Source of the DNA: Thermodesulfobacteriota bacterium
GTDB lineage: Bacteria > Desulfobacterota_D > UBA1144 > Nemesobacterales > UBA2774
Assembly (NCBI GenBank): GCA_965216785.1
Contig: OZ244197.1
Span: forward strand, 2,688,001 to 2,752,000
Direction of reading: 5' to 3'
Length of the DNA: 64,000 nt
In this document: piece by piece, positions 46,873 to 56,623 of the stretch
Numbering within the stretch: position 1 is the first letter of the stretch
How the letters are laid out: every line of letters begins with the position of its first letter
Notes under the pieces: model-generated
The model's database searches: none
Seen by the model: only the letters and a program-made list of their open reading frames with translations
Told to the model about the DNA's origin: nothing
Position numbers and translations under genes: made by a program

Positions 46873-47518
46873 CGGCGCGTGCGGTAAAAAAGCGCCGCCA
46901 CCACCGCCGACACCGTCTATTCCCAGTGCCGACGCAAAAAAGTTAGAAGATTGTCTCAGGGGAGGCATCAGTGTCCAGAGGGGTACCAGATACCACACAC
47001 TGGGCCAGGGTGAGACGCTCTACAGAGTTTCCCGGATGTACGGCGTAGGTGTGAGCGAGCTCATCGAGGTCAATAGCATTACGGACCACACGGACATAGA
47101 CACAGGCACAAGGCTCATAGTACCCGGAGCGGTAATAACCCAGGGCATAGTGTGGCCGCTCAGGGGAAAGCTCTCGTCGAGCTTCGGCCCGCGAGGGAAA
47201 AGATATCACTGGGGAATAGACATACCTGCTCCCCGCGGTACCCCGATAAGAGCAGCAGGGGACGGGCTTGTACTCGTAAGCGCGAACAACCTTAAGGGAT
47301 ACTCGGGGTACGGACGGTTAATTATAATTGAGCACGGAAACGGAATCAGGACGCTCTATGCGCACAACAGTAAAAACAGAGTTAAGGGCGGAACATGCAT
47401 CAGAGCAGGTGAAATAATTGGAGAGGTAGGCTCTACAGGACGCTCTACCGGTAACCACCTTCACTTTGAGGTCAGGCAAAACGGAAAAGCAGTAAACCCC
47501 TTAAACTACTTACCATAA
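46790..47518 (+). CDS. LysM + M23 peptidase lipoprotein (NlpD-like)
   Basis: Lipobox SGAC, LysM (GETLYRVSRMYGV), H.GID and HLHFE. Start uncertain. Confidence 0.88.
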   Translation: MYQRRLKKLKLPKRPWIWLLSLLVLALSGACGKKAPPPPPTPSIPSADAKKLEDCLRGGISVQRGTRYHTLGQGETLYRVSRMYGVGVSELIEVNSITDHTDIDTGTRLIVPGAVITQGIVWPLRGKLSSSFGPRGKRYHWGIDIPAPRGTPIRAAGDGLVLVSANNLKGYSGYGRLIIIEHGNGIRTLYAHNSKNRVKGGTCIRAGEIIGEVGSTGRSTGNHLHFEVRQNGKAVNPLNYLP

Positions 47519-47537
47519 GGAAAGAGGATTAAACCAC

Positions 47538-48059
47538 ATGACAAGGTTAAAAGATTATATAAGAGATATTCCCAATTTCCCCAAGGAAGGGATCATTTTT
47601 CACGATATTACCCCGCTTCTTCAAAACGCTAAAGCGTTTGAGAAGGCCATAGATGAGATGGCCGAGCTTCTTGACGGCCAGGACATCGACTCACTCGTGG
47701 GCATAGAGGCAAGAGGGTTTATATTCGCCTCGGCGCTTGCTATAAAGCTGGGCACAGGTCTTGTGATCATACGAAAACCCGGCAAGCTCCCCTACGTAAC
47801 CATAAATGCGGAATATAATCTTGAGTACGGCTCTGACTCGCTCGAGGTACACCGAGACGCCGTTCACGAAGGGAGCAAGGTAGTTCTTGTAGACGACCTT
47901 CTCGCTACGGGCGGCACAGGGTTTGCGGCAGCCGAGCTCATTGAGAAGCTCGGGGGCGAAGTGCTCGGTCACTGTTTTCTGGTAGAGCTCCTGGCTCTCA
48001 ACGGTAAAGAAAAGCTATCACCCCACCAGGTATGGTCAGTACTACAATACACGGCATGA
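47538..48059 (+). CDS. apt: Adenine phosphoribosyltransferase
   Basis: IPNFPKEGIIFHDITPLL, GIEARGF and VDDLLATGGT motifs. Confidence 0.96.
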   Translation: MTRLKDYIRDIPNFPKEGIIFHDITPLLQNAKAFEKAIDEMAELLDGQDIDSLVGIEARGFIFASALAIKLGTGLVIIRKPGKLPYVTINAEYNLEYGSDSLEVHRDAVHEGSKVVLVDDLLATGGTGFAAAELIEKLGGEVLGHCFLVELLALNGKEKLSPHQVWSVLQYTA

Positions 48060-49039
48060 AGACTCTAGGTGTAATTTTAAATCCTGCTGCGAAGATAAAT
48101 AAAAAGCACACTTCCGACATAGTGGAGGGTTTCAAGCAGATCTTCGGTGATAGCGCTCTGGTGGCTTGCACGTATGACAAGTCCGAGATACCGGACGTGA
48201 TGAAAGAGTTTCATGACGAGGGTATAAAGCTCTTGCTCATCAGTGGAGGAGACGGCACCATATGCAACGTGCTTACAAGCTACATAAACCTCTTCGGTGA
48301 AGCGGGACTCCCGATCATAGTACCGCTCATGGGCGGTACGATAAACATGATTGGAGACGATGCCGGTCTCAGAAAAGATCAGTTTCAGGTCTCTGAGAGT
48401 CTTCACCACTTAATATTAAATAAGAGTCCTATACCGGTCATTAAAAGGGGTCTTGTTAAAGTAATCGATCCTCACCTGGCTGAGCCCGGCTACGGGTTTA
48501 CATGGATTGACGGGCTTTTGTACAGAGTCCTGCTCGATTATTACAATCAGGGCGCGGGTGTACAAGTCGCTTCCATGATGGCTGTGAAGCTTGTTCTTAC
48601 TTCACTTTCAAACGCTGATGATTCGGAGTTTAACGATATTGAATCCAGGGTGTTTATCGACAGCGAAAAGCTGCCCTATGAAAACCATCTATTGATAATA
48701 GCCTCCAGCCTTAAAAAGTTCGTATTCGGTTTCGATATATTTAAAGAAGAGGCTCAGCCCGGAAAAACATTTAACTCGGTCTATATGCGCTCGGAGTATC
48801 TAAAGAAAGAAAAACTTAAAATACCCCTTGGTCTTTACAGAAGTCTCGAATCAGACCCCAGCGGCAATTTTATCAACAGGTCCGTTAAAACTATGGTAGT
48901 AGAAAAAAACTCCGGGTATATAATTGATGGAGAAATTTACAACCACAGCAAAGAAGACACAATTACTCTTGAATCTGGCCCCGAGCTCAATATCTATTCA
49001 CCCAACAGTGTAAAGGAGATTCGGATTTCGCAACTTTAA
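48056..49039 (+). CDS. Diacylglycerol kinase family protein
   Basis: ILNP, GGDGT, GGT.N and IDGE motifs; ATGA overlap with apt. Confidence 0.82.
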   Translation: MKTLGVILNPAAKINKKHTSDIVEGFKQIFGDSALVACTYDKSEIPDVMKEFHDEGIKLLLISGGDGTICNVLTSYINLFGEAGLPIIVPLMGGTINMIGDDAGLRKDQFQVSESLHHLILNKSPIPVIKRGLVKVIDPHLAEPGYGFTWIDGLLYRVLLDYYNQGAGVQVASMMAVKLVLTSLSNADDSEFNDIESRVFIDSEKLPYENHLLIIASSLKKFVFGFDIFKEEAQPGKTFNSVYMRSEYLKKEKLKIPLGLYRSLESDPSGNFINRSVKTMVVEKNSGYIIDGEIYNHSKEDTITLESGPELNIYSPNSVKEIRISQL

Positions 49040-49055
49040 GATTGAAAGGAAAAAT

Positions 49056-50150
49056 ATGGAAAGCATAAAAGTAAATTTAATTAAGACCGTAGATAACTCA
49101 TACGATATCCTGATTAAAGAGGGTGTGATCGCGGAGGTCGCTCATTATCTTAAGAACGAGAATATGGCCTATAGATTCGCAATAATTACAGACGATACAG
49201 TAGAGGCCCTGTACGGTGAGAAATTACAAAAAGATTTACTGGCCCATGGCCTCAACTCAGAGCTGATCGCGTTTCCCGCCGGAGAAAAAAATAAGAGCCG
49301 GGAAACTAAGGCCTGGATAGAAGACCGCATGCTGGAGAACAACTTTGCCCGTGACTCTGCCGTAATCGCCCTTGGGGGAGGAGTAGTCGGTGATATGGCG
49401 GGTTATGTAGCTGCCACTTACACAAGAGGAATCCCCTATATACAGATTCCAACCACTTTGGTTGCTTGCGTAGACAGCTCGATTGGCGGGAAGACTGCTG
49501 TAGATACGCCGCACGGGAAAAACCTGATCGGTTCTTTTTATCAGCCCCGGAGGGTATATATAGACGTAGCCACACTTAGCTCTCTTGACGGAAAAGAAAT
49601 AAGAGAAGGTCTCGCTGAGGTTATAAAATACGGAGTTATAAGCGATAGCTCGCTCTTTTCATACGTTGACAATAATATTGATCAAATCTTCTCTTACGAC
49701 TGTGAGGCGCTCACACACATCGTAAAAAGAGGCTGTGAGATCAAAGCCCGCGTAGTTGAGAAGGATGAGAGGGAATCTAATCTCAGAAAAATACTAAATT
49801 TCGGACACACGATCGGGCACGCTGTAGAAAACCTATCGGGTTACGCTATATCACACGGACAGGCGATCTCAATCGGAATGGTAGCGGAGGGAGTGCTTGC
49901 ATGTGAGATGGGACTATGGAAAGAAAACGAGTTAGCGAGCTTAACCGCTCTCCTGGACAAAGCCGGCCTCCCAACGAAGATGCCCGAAGAAATGGATGTT
50001 AAGAATATTATCGAGACTATGAAGCTCGATAAAAAATCACGGGGCGGCCAGATTGAAATGGTTCTGCCTAAGGCTATCGGCAGCATGTCCCAAACCCAGG
50101 ACGGCTACGCGCATAAGATAGAGGAATCCTTCATAGAAAAGGTACTATAG
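49056..50150 (+). CDS. aroB: 3-dehydroquinate synthase
   Basis: GGGVVGD, PTTL..VDSSIGGKT and LNFGHTIGHA motifs. Confidence 0.96.
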   Translation: MESIKVNLIKTVDNSYDILIKEGVIAEVAHYLKNENMAYRFAIITDDTVEALYGEKLQKDLLAHGLNSELIAFPAGEKNKSRETKAWIEDRMLENNFARDSAVIALGGGVVGDMAGYVAATYTRGIPYIQIPTTLVACVDSSIGGKTAVDTPHGKNLIGSFYQPRRVYIDVATLSSLDGKEIREGLAEVIKYGVISDSSLFSYVDNNIDQIFSYDCEALTHIVKRGCEIKARVVEKDERESNLRKILNFGHTIGHAVENLSGYAISHGQAISIGMVAEGVLACEMGLWKENELASLTALLDKAGLPTKMPEEMDVKNIIETMKLDKKSRGGQIEMVLPKAIGSMSQTQDGYAHKIEESFIEKVL

Positions 50151-50178
50151 CCCTCTTGTTCATTAACTCCTCATAAAT

Positions 50179-50793
50179 ATGGCTGAGCTAGCGATCAACC
50201 CTATCCTTGATATTTCAGAAGTCTTTATTCCTATCGACACTGAAGAGCTCTTCGGAAATAGAAATAACTGCGCTCTAGAGGTTGGTTTCGGGGACGGAGA
50301 TTTTTTGATCGAGACTGCAGGGTTAAGACCGGATACTAACTTTATCGGCATAGAGATCAAAAAAAAGAGATTCAATAAAGCCGTTAAAAGAACCCGCAGG
50401 GGAAAAGTGCCTAACGTTAAATTCCTCCATATGGACGCTAACATAGCTTTGACTGAGGTATTTAAACCCGACACCTTCAATGAAATCTACATAAACTTCC
50501 CCGACCCCTGGCCCAAGGACAAGCATGAAAAGAACCGTATACTAAACACAGAGTTTTTGACAAAGCTTTCAGGAATCCTTATACAGAAAGGCCGCTTGGA
50601 AATAGCAAGCGACCACCGAAGTTACATTCAAGAGACGCTCGACACGTTCAAGCAATTGCCTCAATTTATTAATAGTTACCAGGGCCCAGGCTATCGGAAC
50701 AAATTGGAAGAGCGTATTGAGACTAAATTTGAGAAAGAATTCCGAGAAGAGGGAAGAGAAATTTATTACCTAATGTTTACAAACAGCAAATGA
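50179..50793 (+). CDS. trmB: tRNA (guanine-N7)-methyltransferase
   Basis: LEVGFGDG, FPDPWPK.KH.K.R and TKFE motifs. Confidence 0.93.
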   Translation: MAELAINPILDISEVFIPIDTEELFGNRNNCALEVGFGDGDFLIETAGLRPDTNFIGIEIKKKRFNKAVKRTRRGKVPNVKFLHMDANIALTEVFKPDTFNEIYINFPDPWPKDKHEKNRILNTEFLTKLSGILIQKGRLEIASDHRSYIQETLDTFKQLPQFINSYQGPGYRNKLEERIETKFEKEFREEGREIYYLMFTNSK

Positions 50794-50941
50794 TTCAAGA
50801 TAATATTTGTATAAAGCAAGCTGACATCCGTATAAAGATTGTGCTGTATAAACGGGTTAGAAGTAAGCCGGGTCGGGCTTAATAAGAGATAGCTTGAAAG
50901 ATAATATATAAATATAAATTCAGATTTGGAGGAGTATACTC

Positions 50942-51223
50942 ATGCATAGGACAACAGCTTTCATAGGAATAATACTCAGTTCATTAATGCTATCCGGCTG
51001 CGCAGGTGGAGGCTCAGGACCCGGTTATCTGTTTCAGATTATTTTTATAGTTCTTCCATTGGTAGGTCTTGGTCTCTTACTTTTAAAGAGGAGCGAAAGC
51101 ACTAACGACTCTTTATATATTTTGGAGGGGCAGCTTAAAAGACTTTCTGCCAAATTGGATAGTCTTGAGGAAAAGGTATCGGAGCTTACTCAGAAAGGAA
51201 CTAAGCCAAGAACGAAGAAGTAA
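50942..51223 (+). CDS. Small membrane lipoprotein with coiled-coil tail
   Basis: SD GGAGG, lipobox LSGC and a second TM helix. Confidence 0.65.
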   Translation: MHRTTAFIGIILSSLMLSGCAGGGSGPGYLFQIIFIVLPLVGLGLLLLKRSESTNDSLYILEGQLKRLSAKLDSLEEKVSELTQKGTKPRTKK

Positions 51224-51246
51224 CAATACGCGTTAGATCAGCGCTT

Positions 51247-51849
51247 TTAATTGTTATCACCCTTTTTAATTTCCAAGCTGCCTTCGGAGTTTTCAAGGGC
51301 TTGCATCTGATACTCTATCGGAACGTGCCCCAGGTTGTTTGTAGCGTGTAGTACACCGTTTTCATCTTTCCACATAAAGAGCCCTCTCTTTACACCGGGA
51401 GTAAATCCCTCATTGCCGCTAGGACCGCTTGGAGGTGAGCTAAGCGCTTTAGAGCTCTCCTGAACACCGGGGTTCTTCTCTTTTTCTTTTTCTTTTTCTT
51501 TTTCTTCTTCTTCAGCTTTTTGTCTGGCTTTTTCCCTTTCCATTCTTTTTCTTTTGAGCTCGGCGTTTACATCAAGATTACTTCCCCGCTTCTCAGTTGT
51601 CCCGAGCGTGCCGACACCGTCTCTATAATCTATATCATCACTCCCCGACATGGTTGATAAATCAAAGTTATTCAAATCCTCTCTCGGTGTGACAATATAA
51701 TCGGGAAAATCAGGGGGTGGCTGTACTACGTCAGGAGTTTGCGCTGCTGGGGGAGATGCCGGAGAATCCTGAGCTTCTGAGCTTTGAGGTATGAATATCA
51801 AAAGACCGAAAAATATATACAGGACCGCTATATAAAGCTTTTCCATCAA
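51247..51849 (-). CDS. Exported low-complexity protein with C-terminal DUF4124-like motif
   Basis: Signal peptide, EKEKEK tract and WKDENGVLH.TN...VP.EY. Confidence 0.65.
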   Translation of the reverse strand: MMEKLYIAVLYIFFGLLIFIPQSSEAQDSPASPPAAQTPDVVQPPPDFPDYIVTPREDLNNFDLSTMSGSDDIDYRDGVGTLGTTEKRGSNLDVNAELKRKRMEREKARQKAEEEEKEKEKEKEKNPGVQESSKALSSPPSGPSGNEGFTPGVKRGLFMWKDENGVLHATNNLGHVPIEYQMQALENSEGSLEIKKGDNN

Positions 51850-51992
51850 ATTCCTCCGTATCTATTGCTTATTTTAAATATACACCTCTATATAAAAACG
51901 CACAACCGGGTATATTCTAGCATTTTTATTATTAAATTGCAATATTAAGTCTATAGTGTAAGCAGCTTAGATAATTGCATATTTATTGCCAA

Positions 51993-52541
51993 TCAAGTAC
52001 CGGAAGAAATATGGAGATGATACCAGTAAAACGCGGCTATAACTAAAGAGTGCGTAATCTGTCCCCGGGCCACTATTTTAGGGATGTCTGCTGCGGGGAG
52101 AGTATACGTTCGTATGTCTTCAGTATTATCAAACTCAGGCTCTTTTACTTTAACGGAAGATTCCGCCAAAAAGGTATAGCACTTATTATCTTGAATCGCC
52201 GGGTTGGGCACAACTTCACCTATACAAAGCCACTTTTGAGCCTCGTAACCAGTCTCTTCAAGAAGCTCCCTTCTGGCGGCTTCAAGCGGGGATTCGCCCG
52301 GGTCTATCATCCCTCCCGGAATCTCAACAGTCACGGAGCGGATACCATGTCGATACTGTTTAATCAATACAATTTCCTCCTCAGGCGTTAAAGCAACCAC
52401 GTTTATCCAATCAGGAGCCTCTATAACAAAAAAGTCATGCTCCCTGCCGGTAAGTGGAGACAGAGCTCTATCCTGTCTTACGGAAAAAACTCTGTTAGAT
52501 TCTATTTCGGTTGTCTTGAGGAGGTCCCATTTCTTAATCAT
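51993..52541 (-). CDS. NUDIX hydrolase (ADP-ribose pyrophosphatase-like)
   Basis: Nudix box GGMIDPGESPLEAARRELLEETGY and QYRH. Confidence 0.92.
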   Translation of the reverse strand: MIKKWDLLKTTEIESNRVFSVRQDRALSPLTGREHDFFVIEAPDWINVVALTPEEEIVLIKQYRHGIRSVTVEIPGGMIDPGESPLEAARRELLEETGYEAQKWLCIGEVVPNPAIQDNKCYTFLAESSVKVKEPEFDNTEDIRTYTLPAADIPKIVARGQITHSLVIAAFYWYHLHISSGT

Positions 52542-52584
52542 TGTCGTTTATTGTGCTGTAGTTTAAGATAGTTACATCGTATTA

Positions 52585-53337
52585 CTAATCTCTGATCACA
52601 ATCTGTTCTAACTGCTTCCGAGTGCTTTTTGAGTACCAAATATCTACAAATTCCGATATAGAGCCTTTTTCATTTTTCTCTATCCTCTTGTAAATTTCCG
52701 ATCGGAGCAGTTTCTTAACACTATTATAAACCTTCTTATCCCTTGCCCCGTATTCAAGAGCGACTTTGTTTACAGCGTTTCTGAAACTTCTTTGCGTTAC
52801 CGCTTCATCGACGAGCCCTAAAGACAAAGCTTCCTCAGCCGTATACATTTTCCCTGAATACAGCACCTTCTGCGCGTTACTACTTCCAACTCCGAACCTT
52901 AGATATTCCGCAACACTTGAAAATATGGTCGAACCGAAGGTCAGCTCGTTCATGGATATCTTTGCTTTACCCTTTACCATAACTCTGTAATCGCATGCGA
53001 GCGACAGAATACATCCTCCTGCGATAGTATGCCCGTTCAGTGCAGCGATTACAGGTTTAGGGTACATAAAAATCTGCTGCGTAAGCTTTGAGAACTTCCT
53101 GATATAGCGCTCAAACGCCTTTTTCTTATAATCCATGAACCCAGGTACATCAAACCCAAATGAGAAAAAGCTCCCCTGCCCCGTTAGTACTACGGCATTT
53201 ATACCCTTATCTTTAGAGAGCTTTCCGAAACACTCATACAGCTCATCGACCAGCTCTTCATTGAGTGCGTTGACCTTTGGCCTTACAATAGTCACGGTAA
53301 CTATATTGCCCTGAAGAGAAACATCTAAGTATTTCAT
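52585..53337 (-). CDS. Enoyl-CoA hydratase/isomerase family protein
   Basis: FSFGFD and PKPVIAALNGHTIAGGCILSLACDYR. Start set at ATG 53337. Confidence 0.9.
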   Translation of the reverse strand: MKYLDVSLQGNIVTVTIVRPKVNALNEELVDELYECFGKLSKDKGINAVVLTGQGSFFSFGFDVPGFMDYKKKAFERYIRKFSKLTQQIFMYPKPVIAALNGHTIAGGCILSLACDYRVMVKGKAKISMNELTFGSTIFSSVAEYLRFGVGSSNAQKVLYSGKMYTAEEALSLGLVDEAVTQRSFRNAVNKVALEYGARDKKVYNSVKKLLRSEIYKRIEKNEKGSISEFVDIWYSKSTRKQLEQIVIRD

Positions 53338-53512
53338 AAATACCCCCATATATATAATATAGCCTGTTAATAACATGAAAATTCAAGCTTAATACCAATA
53401 CACACATATACACTATACAAAATTGAGCAAATAAACACTATACAAAAGTGAATTTACGGTTAAAATTAAACTGCTTTGATGAGGAGCATACAACACACAG
53501 GAGGTCGATAAT

Positions 53513-53899
53513 ATGAAAAGTTTTACACTGCTTACAGCGGTACTAGTTCTACTTATAGGTATGGGTGTTAATACGGTTACAGCAGAGGAAAAGGGCGATG
53601 CCGCAAAGGGTAAAGAGCTGTATAATCAGTACTGCGTTTCCTGCCACGGAGCAGAGGGTAAAGGAGACGGAGTTGCCGCGCAGGCGCTCGATCCCAAACC
53701 AAGAGATCTGAGCGACGCAGCGTTTACCTCAACCGTTACTAACGAGCACCTCTATAAAGTAATAAGCGAGGGCGGTCCGGCTGTTGGTCTTTCGCCGCTT
53801 ATGGCAGCCTGGGGTGGTGCAATGAGTGAAGCGGATATATGGGACGTAATTGCTTTCATAAGACAAGACGTATGTAAGTGTAAGTATGAAAAGAAGTAA
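53513..53899 (+). CDS. Monoheme c-type cytochrome
   Basis: Signal peptide, CVSCHG..GKGDG, PKPRDL and MAAW. Confidence 0.92.
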   Translation: MKSFTLLTAVLVLLIGMGVNTVTAEEKGDAAKGKELYNQYCVSCHGAEGKGDGVAAQALDPKPRDLSDAAFTSTVTNEHLYKVISEGGPAVGLSPLMAAWGGAMSEADIWDVIAFIRQDVCKCKYEKK

Positions 53900-53993
53900 C
53901 CACTATATACTTCTTTAGTCTTAAGAGATAATATCGGCTTATGAATTCATGATATAAATACGGAGTGTAGGTATTCTATTAAAGGTTGAATAT

Positions 53994-54188
53994 ATGAGAT
54001 TAAACATAATAAGCTTTAAGTCTTATATCCCTATGATAATCCTGGCATCGGTATTATTTACAGGGTGCTCTTGGTTCTCACCTGGCACGGTGGAAGACCC
54101 GGGTGAGGCAGTAGGCGCTCCGACTGAACCGGAAGTAATAGAGGAAGGTTTTGAGGAAGGCTCGGATTATCCAGAGGAAGATTTTTAA
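53994..54188 (+). CDS. Small acidic lipoprotein
   Basis: Lipobox FTGC followed by a Glu/Pro-rich tail. Confidence 0.55.
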   Translation: MRLNIISFKSYIPMIILASVLFTGCSWFSPGTVEDPGEAVGAPTEPEVIEEGFEEGSDYPEEDF

Positions 54189-54271
54189 GTAAACAGCGGT
54201 TTCAGAATCTGAAAAAAGCCCACTTTTGAACATTATTTCTGAATGTTAATATTTTCTCGTTCAGACTTCAG

Positions 54272-54363
54272 GGAGAGGTGACCGAGCGGCCGAAGGTGCA
54301 CGCCTGGAAAGCGTGTAGGGGGTTTACGCTCCCTCGAGGGTTCGAATCCCTCCCTCTCCGCCA
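54272..54363 (+). tRNA. tRNA-Ser (anticodon GGA)
   Basis: Acceptor GGAGAGG/CCTCTCC, anticodon arm CACGC-CTGGAAA-GCGTG, long variable arm, GGTTCGAATCC and encoded CCA. Confidence 0.97.
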
Positions 54364-54467
54364 GAGAATATAGCTAAAACACAAAGCGGACGACAAAGAT
54401 TTCAGTTATTATGATATAAGTATAAACTGTGTTTTAGATTTGAAGTTTTATGAAATGATATAAATTT

Positions 54468-54573
<106 letters not shown>

Positions 54574-54585
54574 TTTAGGTGCCAA

Positions 54586-56283
54586 ATGTCATACCTAGTC
54601 CTTGCCAGAAAATGGAGACCTAAAACCTTTGACGATATTGTCGGGCAGGACTACATTACACAAACACTTAAAAACGCGGTATCGAGCGGAAAGACAGCTC
54701 ACGCATTTATATTCTCGGGTCCAAGAGGAGTCGGGAAAACCTCAACGGCAAGAATTGTTGCCAAAGCCCTAAATTGCGAGAAAGGACCTACGCCCGATCC
54801 CTGCTCAGAGTGCACGTACTGCAAAGAAATCTCCGAGGGCAAGTCACTTGACGTAATAGAGATTGATGCCGCTTCGCATACCGGAGTAAATGACGTAAGG
54901 GAGATCATTGAGAATATTAAGTATCTTCCAACTTCAGGTAAGAATAAGATTTACATCATTGACGAAGCTCACATGCTCTCTCAATCGGCTTTTAACGCGC
55001 TGCTTAAAACTCTTGAAGAACCCCCTCCTCACGTATTGTTTATACTGGCAACAACCGAAGTGCATAAGATCCCCGTCACCATACTGTCCAGGTGTCAGAG
55101 ATATGATTTCAAGAAAGTCACGGTAGATGAAATCAGACAGCAGTTAAAAACCATAACCTCAAATGAAGGCGTTAATATTGATGACGAGACCCTTTACTTA
55201 ATCTCTCAGGAAGCGGACGGGAGCGTAAGAGATTCACTTAGCTTAATGGATCAGCTCATCGCCACATTTGGAAGTGATATTAAGCATGAAGAAGCCGTAT
55301 CCATACTTGGAATCCTGGACAAAGCTTTAATAAAATCTGTTCTTAAATCAATACTCGAGAATAATCCGAAGTCCTCAATTGAGAGCTTGAACAGCGCAAT
55401 TGAAAAAGGCATAAGCCCCCGGCGTTTCGCTGAGGATTTGCTTAAGACTCTTCGGTACTCGGTATTAGTTAAGACTTGCGGAAAATCCGTAGTATCCGAG
55501 CTTTCCGAAGAAGAAATAACCGATATTGAAAAACTTACATCAAAAGTAAACGTTGAGAGTTTAGAATCACTTTTCAATTTAATGCTTGAAGATGCGGAGA
55601 ATATTCAAAAGTCTTTTTATCCCCAAATGGCGCTTGAGCTAACTCTGATCAAACTATCTACGATGGAGCGGATAGTCTCTATAGAAGATATTATAAGTAA
55701 GATCGAATCTCTGAGCGGTTCTTCAAACCCGGGTTACGGAAAATCCGCGCGTATGGACGAGCACCGCGTGGATTATAAAAAAAAAGACGCCCCGGCTGAT
55801 ATAGAACACCAGCCAGCCAAAAAAGCGCAGGTTGTGAATGAAGAATCCGAGGCCCCTAAGCAGGGAGAACCTGAAGCCAAAAAGAATATGCCGGGGGAGA
55901 ATCAAAAAGGTGGTTTATTAAAGTTTATTAAGGGTAAAAAACGAATACTCGGCACAAGACTCGAGCAGGCAAATGAGATAGTAATCGAAGATTCCAGAAT
56001 TAGGATAATTTGTGATAAGGGATCGCCCGGGGCTCTATATCTAAAGAGACAAGAGTCTAAAGAGTCGATTAAGAATTTTAGCGGAGAATTCCTCGGCCGA
56101 GATATGAGAATAGATATAGAGGAAACCGACTCTCCGGGAAAGAAAGGTGTGGGGGATGAAAAACAGAGTAAGAATGTAAAAGAGCAAAAAGCTATAAACA
56201 AAAAAAAGATACATGATGATCCGATTGTTAAAGAGGCAGAGGAAATTTTCGGAGGCCGGGTCATAGATATAAAACCCAATTAA
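54586..56283 (+). CDS. dnaX: DNA polymerase III subunit gamma/tau
   Basis: LARKWRP, GPRGVGKT, Zn-binding Cys cluster, DEAHML, NALLKTLEEPP and SRC motifs. Confidence 0.97.
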   Translation: MSYLVLARKWRPKTFDDIVGQDYITQTLKNAVSSGKTAHAFIFSGPRGVGKTSTARIVAKALNCEKGPTPDPCSECTYCKEISEGKSLDVIEIDAASHTGVNDVREIIENIKYLPTSGKNKIYIIDEAHMLSQSAFNALLKTLEEPPPHVLFILATTEVHKIPVTILSRCQRYDFKKVTVDEIRQQLKTITSNEGVNIDDETLYLISQEADGSVRDSLSLMDQLIATFGSDIKHEEAVSILGILDKALIKSVLKSILENNPKSSIESLNSAIEKGISPRRFAEDLLKTLRYSVLVKTCGKSVVSELSEEEITDIEKLTSKVNVESLESLFNLMLEDAENIQKSFYPQMALELTLIKLSTMERIVSIEDIISKIESLSGSSNPGYGKSARMDEHRVDYKKKDAPADIEHQPAKKAQVVNEESEAPKQGEPEAKKNMPGENQKGGLLKFIKGKKRILGTRLEQANEIVIEDSRIRIICDKGSPGALYLKRQESKESIKNFSGEFLGRDMRIDIEETDSPGKKGVGDEKQSKNVKEQKAINKKKIHDDPIVKEAEEIFGGRVIDIKPN

Positions 56284-56295
56284 AAGGAGTGAGCA

Positions 56296-56622
56296 ATGAA
56301 ACTAGGCGGCGGTAACATGAAGAACTTACTTAAACAGGCAAATAAGATGAAGGAGCAGATGGAAAAGCTCCAGCAAGAGGCCGGGGAAAAAACTGTCGAG
56401 GCTTCATCCGGCGGCGGCATGGTAACCGTGGTCGCCAAGGCTAAAGGCGAGGTCCTCTCTATAACCATAGAGCCCTCAATCGTGCAGGACGACGATCTGG
56501 AAATGCTCCAGGACCTAATCACAGCCGCTGTGAACGAAGCGCTGAACCGGGGACAGGATCTAATGAAAGACGAAGTTTCCAAGCTTGCCGGGGGCATGGG
56601 TCTTCCACCGGGTCTCATCTAA
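56296..56622 (+). CDS. ybaB: YbaB/EbfC nucleoid-associated protein
   Basis: ASSGGGMVTV and D.EMLQDLI.AAVNEA; dnaX-ybaB-recR synteny. Confidence 0.95.
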   Translation: MKLGGGNMKNLLKQANKMKEQMEKLQQEAGEKTVEASSGGGMVTVVAKAKGEVLSITIEPSIVQDDDLEMLQDLITAAVNEALNRGQDLMKDEVSKLAGGMGLPPGLI

Positions 56623-56623
56623 A

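Noticed and set aside
51474-51513. (GAAAAA)n/(GAA)n tract as a phase-variable repeat
   Set aside because: Unit lengths are multiples of 3 and simply encode an EEEEKEKEKEKEK linker, so the frame would not switch.
54272-54363. tRNA-Ser as an integration site for a genomic island
   Set aside because: It is followed directly by ffs-dnaX-ybaB-recR in canonical order; I saw no integrase and no duplicated tRNA 3' end.
56200-56208. Second A-run (A8G) in dnaX as the slippage site
   Set aside because: It lies only about 25 codons from the C-terminus, too late to yield a gamma-sized product; the A9 at 55777 fits much better.
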